From: a bacterium
Lineage (GTDB): Archaea; Micrarchaeota; Micrarchaeia; Micrarchaeales; CABMGC01
Reading direction: 5' to 3'
Assembly (NCBI GenBank): GCA_021829835.1
Contig: JAKBPE010000005.1
Coordinates: 1,700 to 65,699, forward strand
Length of the DNA: 64,000 nucleotides
Below the pieces are notes generated by a model. The model did not search any database. It was not told the DNA's origin and worked only from the letters and a program-made list of their open reading frames with translations. Of the stretch, positions 10,549 through 20,107 are shown piece after piece (position 1 is the first letter of the stretch; the number at the start of each line of letters is the position of its first letter). The translations under genes were made by a program, and so were the position numbers.

Positions 10549-11664
10549 ATGATAAAGGAAAAACCTGCGAATGCAGAAAAACATGGCAGGAAAGAAAAAA
10601 TAATCTTTAATGCTGATTTTGAAAAATATTTGGAAGAGATAGCAGAGAGGGTAGGAGAAAGTCGGGATTATGTTTCAAGAGATAAGCATGAAGAGAGAAG
10701 AAAAACAAGAAACAGAATCATAAATGTTGGGATGGCTATACTTGTAAACTTAAATTTTGTGATGTTGGGAAACGTTGCAAAGGCCTCTGATGAATCTTTG
10801 GATTTTAAGAATTCGGCAGGGATAGCTGTTACTAGAGGGGAAGAGACAAATGAGGTTTTGTCGATTATCAACATAAATCAGGCACCGGAAGGAAGATCAT
10901 ACGGGTTTGATGGCAGCAAAGTTAAAAATGGTTTTTCCCTCCAGTTGAACCTGTTTGCAAAGATAGGAGAGGGAAGAGAAGGGAAGTATCTCTGGCTGCA
11001 AAACGTAAGATACTTTGAAGAAGAAGTTGCAGGAAAATGGAAGAGTGGAGCTGCAAGTGAGATATTTAGGTTCACAAAAATTAGCCCAGAAGGCAATGAA
11101 CCAGAATCCGCACTGGATTCTGGAATTAAGCCTTATCTTCAAGCAGAAAAAATGAAGAAGAACCAGATAGAAGGAGGAAAGGGTACTGTTCTTGAAGATA
11201 TAGGTTCTGGACTTGGAGGCACATACAATTATCGTGGAAAGCTCGAGAAAACCTCATTCCCCATACATATTGCCTTGGATATAAAAGTAATGAAGATTGA
11301 CGCTTATACGGTAGAGGTAGATTATAACAGCTTGCCTATCGAAAATGGAATATTGGAATGGCAGAATGAAACGAGAATAGACTCGGTAAGGTATCATGAA
11401 AAAGATATAGGAAAGGTAAACATTGTGTTTGGAAATGATACAGATGCTGCAATGGTTGTTGCTGGAGAAGGCGGTTCAGGACATTTTGTTGCGAATAAAT
11501 TTGATGCTGAATTTAGCATGTATGCCGTAAATCGGAATAGGATTTTGACTCCACTGAAGATAAGCGGTACCACAGATCCCACTACAGGAGAAGGAATTGC
11601 AGGCGTTAATGTGCAGGAGATATCTAAAGATAAAGTAAGGATAACAGCTACCCATAATAATTAG
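10549..11664 (+). CDS. Thermopsin-like (peptidase A5) secreted or membrane-anchored protein, paralog 1
   Basis: FSLQLN, YLWLQNV, DAAMVVAGEGGS and TTGEGIAGV resemble the thermopsin motifs SLQLN, YWLQNV, DAELVFGG and DTAE; hydrophobic N-terminal segment. Confidence 0.65.
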   Translation: MIKEKPANAEKHGRKEKIIFNADFEKYLEEIAERVGESRDYVSRDKHEERRKTRNRIINVGMAILVNLNFVMLGNVAKASDESLDFKNSAGIAVTRGEETNEVLSIININQAPEGRSYGFDGSKVKNGFSLQLNLFAKIGEGREGKYLWLQNVRYFEEEVAGKWKSGAASEIFRFTKISPEGNEPESALDSGIKPYLQAEKMKKNQIEGGKGTVLEDIGSGLGGTYNYRGKLEKTSFPIHIALDIKVMKIDAYTVEVDYNSLPIENGILEWQNETRIDSVRYHEKDIGKVNIVFGNDTDAAMVVAGEGGSGHFVANKFDAEFSMYAVNRNRILTPLKISGTTDPTTGEGIAGVNVQEISKDKVRITATHNN

Positions 11665-11748
11665 TTTTTGAAGTATGGAAAACAGTAGGAAGATTTTGCA
11701 CTGATGAAGGTTTAATAATCTGAAAAAGCAGGTTGTATTGAAGAGTTT

Positions 11749-12909
11749 ATGATAAAACAGATTTATGGAGGAGTAAGCGGAGCGGCCTATACTTCTTACC
11801 AGAATAGGTTGGGTTTTACCTACAATCTACCAGATATCAGTGAAATTTCAACACAGATAAGAAAAGATGAGAGTAATAAAAAAAGGACACATAGCATTGC
11901 TAAAATATTCAGAGCCGCGCTCCTTTTTGGTTTTGGCTTTTTAAGCAACATGCCACAGGCGAATGCCGATGATAATGGAAAGGCTGATTCGGCAAAACAG
12001 ATAGATATGAAGAATTCTGCAGGGATAGTCATAACAGAAGGGAGACCTGCTGGAGAAGTACTGGCAATCGCAGAGATAAAGAGTTATCCCAAAGGGATTT
12101 CTTATGATAAGTATGACAAAAAATCATTAACATTAAATGGGTTTTCCTTCCAACTGAATCTTTTTGCACATGTAGAAATAGGAAATAATAAAAGGGAGCA
12201 ATATCTATGGCTGCAGAATAGCAGGTTATTTATAGATAAGGGAGAAGGGAAATGGGAAACCCTGAAAGGAGTCGACATATTTAAGGTAGGAAAGGTAATT
12301 GAGTATAAGGAGATACCTGAAAATATGAAATCGTATTATAAAAGGCTTAAGAATGTCAGAGGAGCAGAAGAAATGGAGGAAGGGGAGATTACAGCAGAGG
12401 CAGAAAACGGTGTAAAATTTGTCAGTGAACCACATACGAATTGTCTGGTTTACAATGGAGAGGCAGTAGCCACCGAATTTCCATTGAAGATAGCCTTGGA
12501 TATCTCTGTCAGAAAAGTTAACAGTGGAGTAGTTGAAATATATTTTAAGGATGTTCCAGTTAGGGATGGCATAATAGACTGGAAAAATCAGAAAATAATT
12601 GTCTCTGCAAGATATTATGATAAAAACATAAAGGATGTGGATATGGAATTCAGTAAGGATAGTAATGCAGCCATGGTAACAGGAGGATTGGGAAACGGCA
12701 ATTATTTTGTCGCTCAGCGTTTTGATGCTGAATTTAGCATGTATGCCGTAAATGGGAAAAGGGGAGAACTTGTCCCATTGAAGCTTGGAGATACTACTGA
12801 TAATTCAACAGCCGAAGGAATAACAGGAGTCCAGGTTAACCAGATATCACCCAATAAAGTAGAGATAACTTCTACTATAACCGCAGAATCTGTAAAAATT
12901 AGGAGATAG
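11749..12909 (+). CDS. Thermopsin-like (peptidase A5) protein, paralog 2
   Basis: FSFQLN, YLWLQNS, NAAMVTGGLGNG, STAEGITGV; colinear with 10549..11664; signal-like segment ending ANA. Confidence 0.65.
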   Translation: MIKQIYGGVSGAAYTSYQNRLGFTYNLPDISEISTQIRKDESNKKRTHSIAKIFRAALLFGFGFLSNMPQANADDNGKADSAKQIDMKNSAGIVITEGRPAGEVLAIAEIKSYPKGISYDKYDKKSLTLNGFSFQLNLFAHVEIGNNKREQYLWLQNSRLFIDKGEGKWETLKGVDIFKVGKVIEYKEIPENMKSYYKRLKNVRGAEEMEEGEITAEAENGVKFVSEPHTNCLVYNGEAVATEFPLKIALDISVRKVNSGVVEIYFKDVPVRDGIIDWKNQKIIVSARYYDKNIKDVDMEFSKDSNAAMVTGGLGNGNYFVAQRFDAEFSMYAVNGKRGELVPLKLGDTTDNSTAEGITGVQVNQISPNKVEITSTITAESVKIRR

Positions 12910-12999
12910 CGTCTGTACTAAGTTTATGGCTGTTTGCTGATTTTGTTCTGAATCGGAACCGGAAGCCAGATTATTTGTTGAAAGCCGGGAAGAAAGTAA

Positions 13000-13911
13000 C
13001 TATCTGCTTCCTGTAACAAATTCTTTTTCTGTCAGATATTCATCATTTATCCCGGAATTCACAAGAGGTATTATCCTATATCCAGATACATTCTTCCCAT
13101 TTTCGCTCATTTCTACTGGAACAAGCCTGATGTTGAGCCTTCTCATCTCCATTGACATACCGCTTCCTTTTTCAAGCAGGTAATCCTGGTATGGTTGTGT
13201 TGCAATTGGAAACTTCGAGATCTCTTCACTCATTATGCCAGTGAATGCCCCATTTCCAACTAACCCCCCTTTGAAGGTATGTTCGAGTGATGGGAATAAT
13301 GTTTTTGCTATTTCACCAGTGCGAAGATCTTTAGCCTCCGTTGAGATGTTATTTACCTCAACGCTTAGTGACAACGAAACGATATCTCCTTCTTTTATCC
13401 CTTTTTTCAGGACAATTTCAGAGCCATCATCTGATGAGAGCATCTTCCTGTTGTCTTTCCATACATTATAGACAAGCCTGAATTCATGTCTCTCCGGGAG
13501 ATAGCTTACTCCGAACTGATACCATAGGCCGATGGTTGCTCCGTTTACAAGATTGAGATATTCTATAGTATTGTTGTTTTTGGATGGAACAGCGGTTATT
13601 GTAGCCTCAACATGATTTGTATCGCTGCGATACATAGTATATAGCTGGTTATAGTATAAGGAATCCTTAGTTAGTGGATCGGCAGGCTTTTCCTGTGGAG
13701 TGTACGAGGTATAGCCTATGTATCCCAGAAGCAATGCCAATACGGTTACGGAAGATAAGAAGCCGTTCGTAGAAAAATCTTTCTTTTTTTCTACATTTTC
13801 TTCGGTTCGTTTTAGATTTGAGTAGTCGGTTACTCCTTCACGTTGAAGCGTTGTTGTCCCTCCGTATGTTGTCCGCTCTTCTGCCCCGCGATGGGGCTTT
13901 TTTACAAACAT
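13000..13911 (-). CDS. Membrane-anchored protein, possible G1/eqolisin-like glutamic peptidase
   Basis: One TM, then WYQFG, IKEGDIVSL and FTGIMSE; same motif order as 17591..18508. Confidence 0.5.
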   Translation of the reverse strand: MFVKKPHRGAEERTTYGGTTTLQREGVTDYSNLKRTEENVEKKKDFSTNGFLSSVTVLALLLGYIGYTSYTPQEKPADPLTKDSLYYNQLYTMYRSDTNHVEATITAVPSKNNNTIEYLNLVNGATIGLWYQFGVSYLPERHEFRLVYNVWKDNRKMLSSDDGSEIVLKKGIKEGDIVSLSLSVEVNNISTEAKDLRTGEIAKTLFPSLEHTFKGGLVGNGAFTGIMSEEISKFPIATQPYQDYLLEKGSGMSMEMRRLNIRLVPVEMSENGKNVSGYRIIPLVNSGINDEYLTEKEFVTGSR

Positions 13912-14164
13912 TTTCCCAACCCAGAATTAGTCGGAGGGGATGTTCTAAATATGTTTTCTACAACAATTATAATAGATTTTTGGATTGAAGATACACTGTT
14001 GCGCTATTCTCTCTCTTCGAGGCAACAATAGTATTTAGATTACATAGTATTCTTCCATCTCAGAATACAGATAAGAATAAGAATTAGAGACTTGCCTGGT
14101 CTTCAAACCGGGAACAGGTGTAAATATTAAAGATTTTGGATATAGATATCTTGAATTTACAAGA

Positions 14165-15322
14165 TTGTTCAGAAGTATAGCACTTATTTATACAACAATA
14201 GCGATGCCCTTGTATCTTGTGGCTCTTCATGTGAATATAGTTTACATAGGGCTTGTAGTATTAAGCGTTATGCTCTTCAATATAGGAGTGACGTTTACCT
14301 CAGGCATGGTAGGAGACAGAATAGGATACAAGTACTCTCTTCTGATAGCTGAGATACTCGCCTTTGCAGGAATAACAGTCCTTGCGTTTTCTACTAACGT
14401 ATACATGATAGTGATAGGCATAATTATAAGCGGAGTCAGCGGGTCGGGCGGTGCCATGAGAGGTTCAATGTCTGCTGGACTCAATGCATTCATAGCTAAT
14501 AATTGGAAGGAGAATGAGGAGAGAGCCAGGAAGCTTGCGGGCATTTTTATGTTCGGAGCGGTAGGAAGCGTAATAGGCAGTTCGCTTCTCTATTTCAATG
14601 CGCCTATAAAGGCATATTTCGGAACGCTTGGAGCATTCAGGGTAATTTTTATGCTTTCAGCGGTGCTTCTTCTAGTTTCCATAGTGCTCCTCATGAAGCT
14701 TGAGGATTCTGAGAGGCCGAGGAAGACAACCAAGGTTATGAAGATGGAGAGCCTTAGATATTCGCTTAGAGTGATTGGCTCAAACCTGATAACAGGCATG
14801 GGAATAGGCCTTGCCATACCGCTTATGCCGTTATGGTTCGAACTTTCCTATAAATTGAACACTACCCAGCTTAGCTATATATTCATAATTTATTACGCCG
14901 TAGCAGGAATAGGCTCTGTAGTTGCAAGAAGGATAGCACATAGGATTGACCTGGTTAACATGGCCTCGATTACTAGAACATTAAATGGGCTATTTCTGAT
15001 AGTTATGGCTCTCTCGCCGTTTGCCATATTATCCGCATTCATGTATGAGCTTTTCAGCTTCTCTTCATCACTTGGTGTACCTTCTAGATCTGCAGTTAAC
15101 ATACGGGGCATTAACAGGGAGGATTATGGAACCGCATCTACAATACAAGGCATCTCCATATCAGCTTCGCAGTTGACCAGCGGGCTGAGCGGTGCTTTAC
15201 TTGAATACTCACTGGAACTTCCTCTCCTGGCCGGAGGTGCTTTGCAGGCCATTGGAGGCCTGGCGTATAAGAGGCTCATGTCAAAAAGCTATGAGGAAAG
15301 CAATAGAAGAGATAAAACCTGA
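14165..15322 (+). CDS. MFS transporter
   Basis: GMVGDRIGYK motif A and ~11-12 TM segments; start uncertain. Confidence 0.9.
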   Translation: MFRSIALIYTTIAMPLYLVALHVNIVYIGLVVLSVMLFNIGVTFTSGMVGDRIGYKYSLLIAEILAFAGITVLAFSTNVYMIVIGIIISGVSGSGGAMRGSMSAGLNAFIANNWKENEERARKLAGIFMFGAVGSVIGSSLLYFNAPIKAYFGTLGAFRVIFMLSAVLLLVSIVLLMKLEDSERPRKTTKVMKMESLRYSLRVIGSNLITGMGIGLAIPLMPLWFELSYKLNTTQLSYIFIIYYAVAGIGSVVARRIAHRIDLVNMASITRTLNGLFLIVMALSPFAILSAFMYELFSFSSSLGVPSRSAVNIRGINREDYGTASTIQGISISASQLTSGLSGALLEYSLELPLLAGGALQAIGGLAYKRLMSKSYEESNRRDKT

Positions 15323-15427
15323 AAGGAGCCGGTTTAGAGGATAGATTCCCGTGATAACAGTATTGCCTCCGCAAACCATTTTAAATATTCACTGCCTAAG
15401 AGAATATAGACATAAATAAGCGGTAAA

Positions 15428-16273
15428 ATGAAGGTTTTCAAGCACAATAACAAACTTGCGGTATACTTATCAGGAGACGTTTCCAAAGCACTGGGAATAG
15501 AGGAGAATGATGAAGTCGATTTCTTTAAGTACAATGACAAGGCATTCCTGTTTTTAAAGAAGGACGAGGTATCTAGCTTGGTCTCTGGAAACATTCATGT
15601 TGCAAGCCCTGTAGTGCAGAAAGGCAATGATTACATAAGCAATGCGGAATTACAGGTTCTGAAGAAACTGGATACGGTAAGATATCAGCAGAGAACCAAG
15701 AAAAAGGTAGCCGAGATACTGGATAAAGAAGAGAGCAGACTTCTTGAGCAGCTGATAGAGAAGAAGGCAGTCAATACATTTAAGAAAGACAATCAGGAGC
15801 TTTATAGCATATCAAGGCAGATATACGACAAGTTTTTAATGAGAAAGAAGATGCCTGAACAGAGCACGGCTTCAAGGAAGGAGGCGGCGCCTCTCATGCC
15901 CAAGGTACAATTAAGCGGGCATATTGAAGGGCCTTATAGCCATCTCATAAAAATACTGGAGAATGATGGCTTCCTTGTAGTGCAGACTGAGGCTGAGGCA
16001 GGAGGAGTATCGCTTGCACTTGAAGACAGTATCAGACATGGAAAGGTGCTTGGAACCAGATCATTCAATAAGAAATTTTATATAGTTACAAGGCAGTTTT
16101 TTGACATGCATAATGGAAAGATAATAGCTGCAATGAGGGAAGGCATGGAAAAGACACAAGACATAGCCAAGAAGGCTAACCTTTCTGAGGAAGGGGCTCG
16201 CGCGATACTTCAGCTGCTTGCTGAGAGCGGCGATGCCAGGGAGAAGAAGAGGGATAGTTTTACCCTTGCATGA
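15428..16273 (+). CDS. AbrB/SpoVT-like N-terminal domain protein with probable winged helices
   Basis: LAVYLSGDVSKALGIEENDEVDF matches the AbrB pattern; C-terminus is HTH-like. Confidence 0.55.
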   Translation: MKVFKHNNKLAVYLSGDVSKALGIEENDEVDFFKYNDKAFLFLKKDEVSSLVSGNIHVASPVVQKGNDYISNAELQVLKKLDTVRYQQRTKKKVAEILDKEESRLLEQLIEKKAVNTFKKDNQELYSISRQIYDKFLMRKKMPEQSTASRKEAAPLMPKVQLSGHIEGPYSHLIKILENDGFLVVQTEAEAGGVSLALEDSIRHGKVLGTRSFNKKFYIVTRQFFDMHNGKIIAAMREGMEKTQDIAKKANLSEEGARAILQLLAESGDAREKKRDSFTLA

Positions 16274-16369
16274 TTGTTTAGGCATTTTGGCAACGGTAAA
16301 AACCTATTTCAGCTAAAAACGTACTGAATATGCGTATTTTAAATAATCGAATGAAGGATATTTTGAGTT

Positions 16370-16870
16370 ATGGGTAAAAAGCAGAAGAATGATACAAGTG
16401 CATTTGTGCATTACGGAAGATTTGTTATTGCAATATTTGCAATACTTATAGCTGCTGCACATCTGCCTTATGCTTCAATTTCTTCAGGAATGAATGCTCC
16501 ACATCAGACATCAGCCTCTGCATCTTCGCAACATGTGAATTCAATTCCATTCGGATTTCAGGCACTTGGCTTCTGGTTTGACATTGAGACAATCACATAT
16601 GCAGTGATAGCGGTTGTCTTCCTTTTAGGCATAAGAAGATGGTATGCTGCTGCGACAATATTCAACGGGTTCAACGTCGTGTTGTATTTCCTTTCAGGAT
16701 ATACTGCAATACCAGGCATAACCAGCATGGCTTTTGGCAGCAGGCTCAATGCCCTTACAAGCTCGCTTCCTAACGCAGTTATGATAATAAGCTGGATTGC
16801 ACTTCTTATTCTTAGCATAATCTTCTTGAAGTATGACAGAGGGTCAGAACTGGAAGATGAGTTATCATAA
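16370..16870 (+). CDS. Hypothetical membrane protein
   Basis: Four hydrophobic segments. Confidence 0.7.
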   Translation: MGKKQKNDTSAFVHYGRFVIAIFAILIAAAHLPYASISSGMNAPHQTSASASSQHVNSIPFGFQALGFWFDIETITYAVIAVVFLLGIRRWYAAATIFNGFNVVLYFLSGYTAIPGITSMAFGSRLNALTSSLPNAVMIISWIALLILSIIFLKYDRGSELEDELS

Positions 16871-16978
16871 AATATGAATGATCAGCTAATCATTAAAACT
16901 AGAAATTCATTTCCAATTGCCTAATCGTATATTTTATATATCACATATTTCCTTATAGTTTGCAATTGGGATTATGGT

Positions 16979-17500
16979 ATGCCTGAAGAGAAGATAATAA
17001 ACTTCCCTTATGATAGGGTCGCAAGTACGAAGAGATTAAATAGTAAAGAATATTCCTCCAATGTAGTAGATACATGTTCTAAAGATACATATCCGCAGTC
17101 TTTTTGTATTTCGAAGTTTTATTCCGTCAATAATAAACTTGATGTGTCTGTAGAGAAAATGCGTGATTTGGTATTACGGGCGATGCGAAACCAAGAAATG
17201 AGGACATTTGATACTAGATTGGCTTATGCGTTAATTAGGAACAGGTTTGATCCTGAAGAGATGTCCAAAAGTAATATAAAAATATTGGGCTATCTGATAG
17301 ATGGAAAAAGGTGTGATATTTACTATAATAGAATCTCCGGAGATATTGAAATCCGTGTTTCGAGGGGTATTGGCAGTGCTGAGGAAGATAGATCTGCGGA
17401 TATAGGTACGAAGATTTCTAGATCCATAGACAGAGTGGTGAGGAGTGAGATATCCAGGATAGAGTTTTTAGAGTTACTGAGAAGCAGAAGCCAGGATTAA
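16979..17500 (+). CDS. Hypothetical protein
   Basis: 173-aa ORF with an upstream TATA-like TTTTATAT. Confidence 0.55.
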   Translation: MPEEKIINFPYDRVASTKRLNSKEYSSNVVDTCSKDTYPQSFCISKFYSVNNKLDVSVEKMRDLVLRAMRNQEMRTFDTRLAYALIRNRFDPEEMSKSNIKILGYLIDGKRCDIYYNRISGDIEIRVSRGIGSAEEDRSADIGTKISRSIDRVVRSEISRIEFLELLRSRSQD

Positions 17501-17590
17501 AGTAGTTGTATGTGCCGTTAAACAAAATGAGGATGTTTATACAAAAACATTAAATATCTGGTCTTTATAACATTTAAGTGTGGGGATTAA

Positions 17591-18508
17591 GTGGCTATTG
17601 TAAAAGACGCAAGGTTGCAAATTCAGAGAGCTGAAAAGGATATTGCAGAAAGACGTAAAGATAGTGGTTTAAAGAAGATGGTCAGATCGTTTGTTCTGCC
17701 TGCAGCATTAGGTACTGCTCTTTTATTTCATCAGACTCACACCTATGCACAGACACCAAATCCGGAAGGAGATGCTGAACTTCAAGGCCCTTCAGCAAAA
17801 AATTATTTCACACATATAGCAGTAAAATATCTGAATCCTCAGTTGAAATTTCAAAAAATGAGCATTGAGCTCAAGGCTGTACCTGTCACGAACGTTTTGT
17901 GGGCAGGGTACGAACTTAACTGCCTTTTGGATAATCAGATGTGGGCACAGACAGGCTTGATTTACTTTGGGGGAAATTATTATCTGCTAAATCAATTGAT
18001 GGTTGAAGATAAGCCCCTTTATGCGCCTAATGGTGATGTAGGCAGAGAGCCCACCGTAGGAGGAACGATTAACAGCGGGGATTCGATTAAAATAGGACTT
18101 GAGGTAGATAAAGGCAAGGTTTATTTCAGACTCGATGATCTCAGCAACGCTGGAGTAAAGGCCGAAAAGGAGTTTGATGTGGGTTCAGCAACTGCATGTG
18201 TCGGAAAACAAAATTTCACATGGGGAACCTATACTGGAATCGCAGTAGAAACAGTAAGCTATACTTTAAGCATAACCACCCCAGGATTACCAGAACTTAA
18301 CATGCAGGAATTTAAGAATACATCGGAGGTGCTCCCATCAAAAGAGGATTTGGCCCTAGGTGCGAAATATTTTATTCCCAGGACAGGAAAGAGGATTTTT
18401 ATGGGAGATGAGATTCCACAAAGGCCAGTAGGTAATAAAGTAGGCCCTTTTAAAGTAGATATTTCTCCGGAGCTGGTTAGAATATATAGAGAATCGCCTG
18501 GAAGTTGA
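17591..18508 (+). CDS. Secreted protein, possible G1/eqolisin-like glutamic peptidase
   Basis: Signal-like segment, WAQTG, INSGDSIKI, YTGIAVE; paralog of 13000..13911. Confidence 0.5.
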   Translation: MAIVKDARLQIQRAEKDIAERRKDSGLKKMVRSFVLPAALGTALLFHQTHTYAQTPNPEGDAELQGPSAKNYFTHIAVKYLNPQLKFQKMSIELKAVPVTNVLWAGYELNCLLDNQMWAQTGLIYFGGNYYLLNQLMVEDKPLYAPNGDVGREPTVGGTINSGDSIKIGLEVDKGKVYFRLDDLSNAGVKAEKEFDVGSATACVGKQNFTWGTYTGIAVETVSYTLSITTPGLPELNMQEFKNTSEVLPSKEDLALGAKYFIPRTGKRIFMGDEIPQRPVGNKVGPFKVDISPELVRIYRESPGS

Positions 18509-18550
18509 ACATTATAAGTTAGGATTTCCGGAATTTTCTATAGTGGGAAG

Positions 18551-18615
18551 TATAACCCCGAATTTAAAATGCTCTGATCGGGATTTGAACCCGAGTTTGA
18601 GCCGTGAGAGGGGCT
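18551..18615. repeat. att-like direct repeat (displaced tRNA-Glu 3' fragment plus flank)
   Basis: Matches 21986-22050 except one substitution and two homopolymer indels. Confidence 0.95.
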
Positions 18616-18642
18616 GAGAAAGAGGTTGCATTATTTAACTTA

Positions 18643-19741
18643 TAGTAGATTAGATTAATAAATGAACATTTATATGCTTATTTATCCACATATCATATGG
18701 TGTATGTATGTGGGATTTACCAAAAGGTGAACGTTTTCTTCCGAAAACGGAACTGAGCAAATTGAAGAGCCTCTACTCTATCGAACAGAAAACAAAACCG
18801 AAGATAAGGTTGTTGTGTGCAATTCACCGCAAGAAAGGAGAAAGTATCGATGAAATTGCAGAAGAAACTAATCTGAAAAGGAGGACAGTGCATAGCATAC
18901 TTCATCGCTTCTGTGAAAGAGGTGTGGAAGCAAAAGACAGCATAAAACAGGGCGGCAGACCATCGTTTCTTACGGTTCGACAACGCAAAAGTCTTGTACG
19001 TTATCTGGAGGGACGAGGACCACCAAGAAACGAGGGCGGATTATGGACTACGAAAGAGGTAAAGGAGTACATCCGAAAAAGGTATGGTGTTAAGTACACT
19101 TCAGTACATGTGTGGGAGTTATTGCAGGCCTTAGGATTGAGTATGCAGAAACCTAGACCAAGGCACTATAGACATCCAAATGAGGAAGATATCGACAAAT
19201 TTAAAAAAAAGCTTCCAGGTTGGTACGCCATTACCGAAAGAGAGGCTTCGTAATTGGATGCGAAGACGAAGCGACATTCGGTCTTCTTCCGATAATACAA
19301 CGGGGTTGGGCGAAGAGAGGTAGCCGGCCAGTTGTGACGATAAACAGCAAGAATGTGTGCACAAACGTCTTCGGCGCAAGGAGCCACAGATCCTTTGTTT
19401 TCTCATTTTCGGAGAGGAAGAAACAGAGAGACTTTGTAAGGTTTGCTGCCAAATTCTCAAGACGCTGGGGTAAAGTATTGCTATTCGTAGATAACGGGCC
19501 TTGCCATCATGGAAAAATAGTAGACAGATTTTTGAGATTGCACGCAAAGACGTTCAAGTTGGCGTTCTTTCCTCCATATTCTCCGGACCTGAATCCGCAA
19601 GAACAGTGTTGGAAACCTGCACGGAAGAAACTCTCCAACCGTTTCCTCCCTTCTTTGCAATCGGCAAAGTACCACATCTCTACAGAATTCAATAAGCCAA
19701 ATTTTATGCCTAAAATGTTCAAATATTTATCTAATTAGCTA
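18643..19741 (+). mobile_element. IS630-family insertion sequence
   Basis: TA at both ends; imperfect TIRs (about 24/30 matches, 18642-18671 vs 19713-19742); split transposase. Confidence 0.9.
18708..19738 (+). CDS. IS630 transposase (ORFs 18708..19253 and 19220..19738 joined by -1 frameshift)
   Basis: HTH and winged helix (WTTKEV), A8G slippery run at 19203-19211, DDE triad EDEA / DNGPCH / DLNPQE. Confidence 0.9.
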
Positions 19742-19745
19742 TTAG

Positions 19746-19918
19746 ATCAAAATAAAAAGGGAAGACAACGTGACCTAAGGGAAAGGATGCTAAGTCTGAC
19801 GCCAGAAGACCGCAAGGGGTTAGGCATAAATAAGTCAATGTTGTGGTATATGCAGAAGAACATACGAGAGGGTAAGAAGATTAAGGTTTATGGAAAGGTT
19901 ATGGGTAAAATCAATTAG
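19746..19918 (+). pseudogene. Casposase (casposon Cas1) C-terminal HTH remnant
   Basis: Manual translation with one frameshift: IKIKREDN/DLRERMLSLTPEDRKGLGINKSMLWYMQKNIREGKKIKVYGKVMGKIN*; resembles the family-2 casposase tail as recalled, not searched. Confidence 0.75.
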
Positions 19919-19926
19919 TGTTGTTC

Positions 19927-20067
19927 ATGGATAAAGAGCAAATGAAAGCTGAGATAACAAAGCTTATCGAAAAGTATGCTCGTGAGAAGGGCAAAAAGTA
20001 CAACGAAGGGGCTACGATGGACATTAATATCGTCGTATATTATGGTATGTTTAATAATATACAGTGA
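19927..20067 (+). pseudogene. Truncated N-terminus of a type IIG/Eco57I-like restriction-modification enzyme
   Basis: MDKEQMKAEITKLIEKYAREKGKKYNEGAT resembles the start of N6-methylase/endonuclease fusions; lies directly after the cas1 remnant. Confidence 0.4.
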
Positions 20068-20072
20068 GCACT

Positions 20073-20107
20073 TAACTAGATTACATATTCCCGATGGGAA
20101 CAATCGG
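20073..20107. repeat. Imperfect direct repeat with TTCCCGATGG core, upstream copy flanking alkA
   Basis: taactagattacatattcccgatgggaacaatcgg vs 20992-21027 tgactggattgttatttcccgatggaagcatttcgg. Confidence 0.6.
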
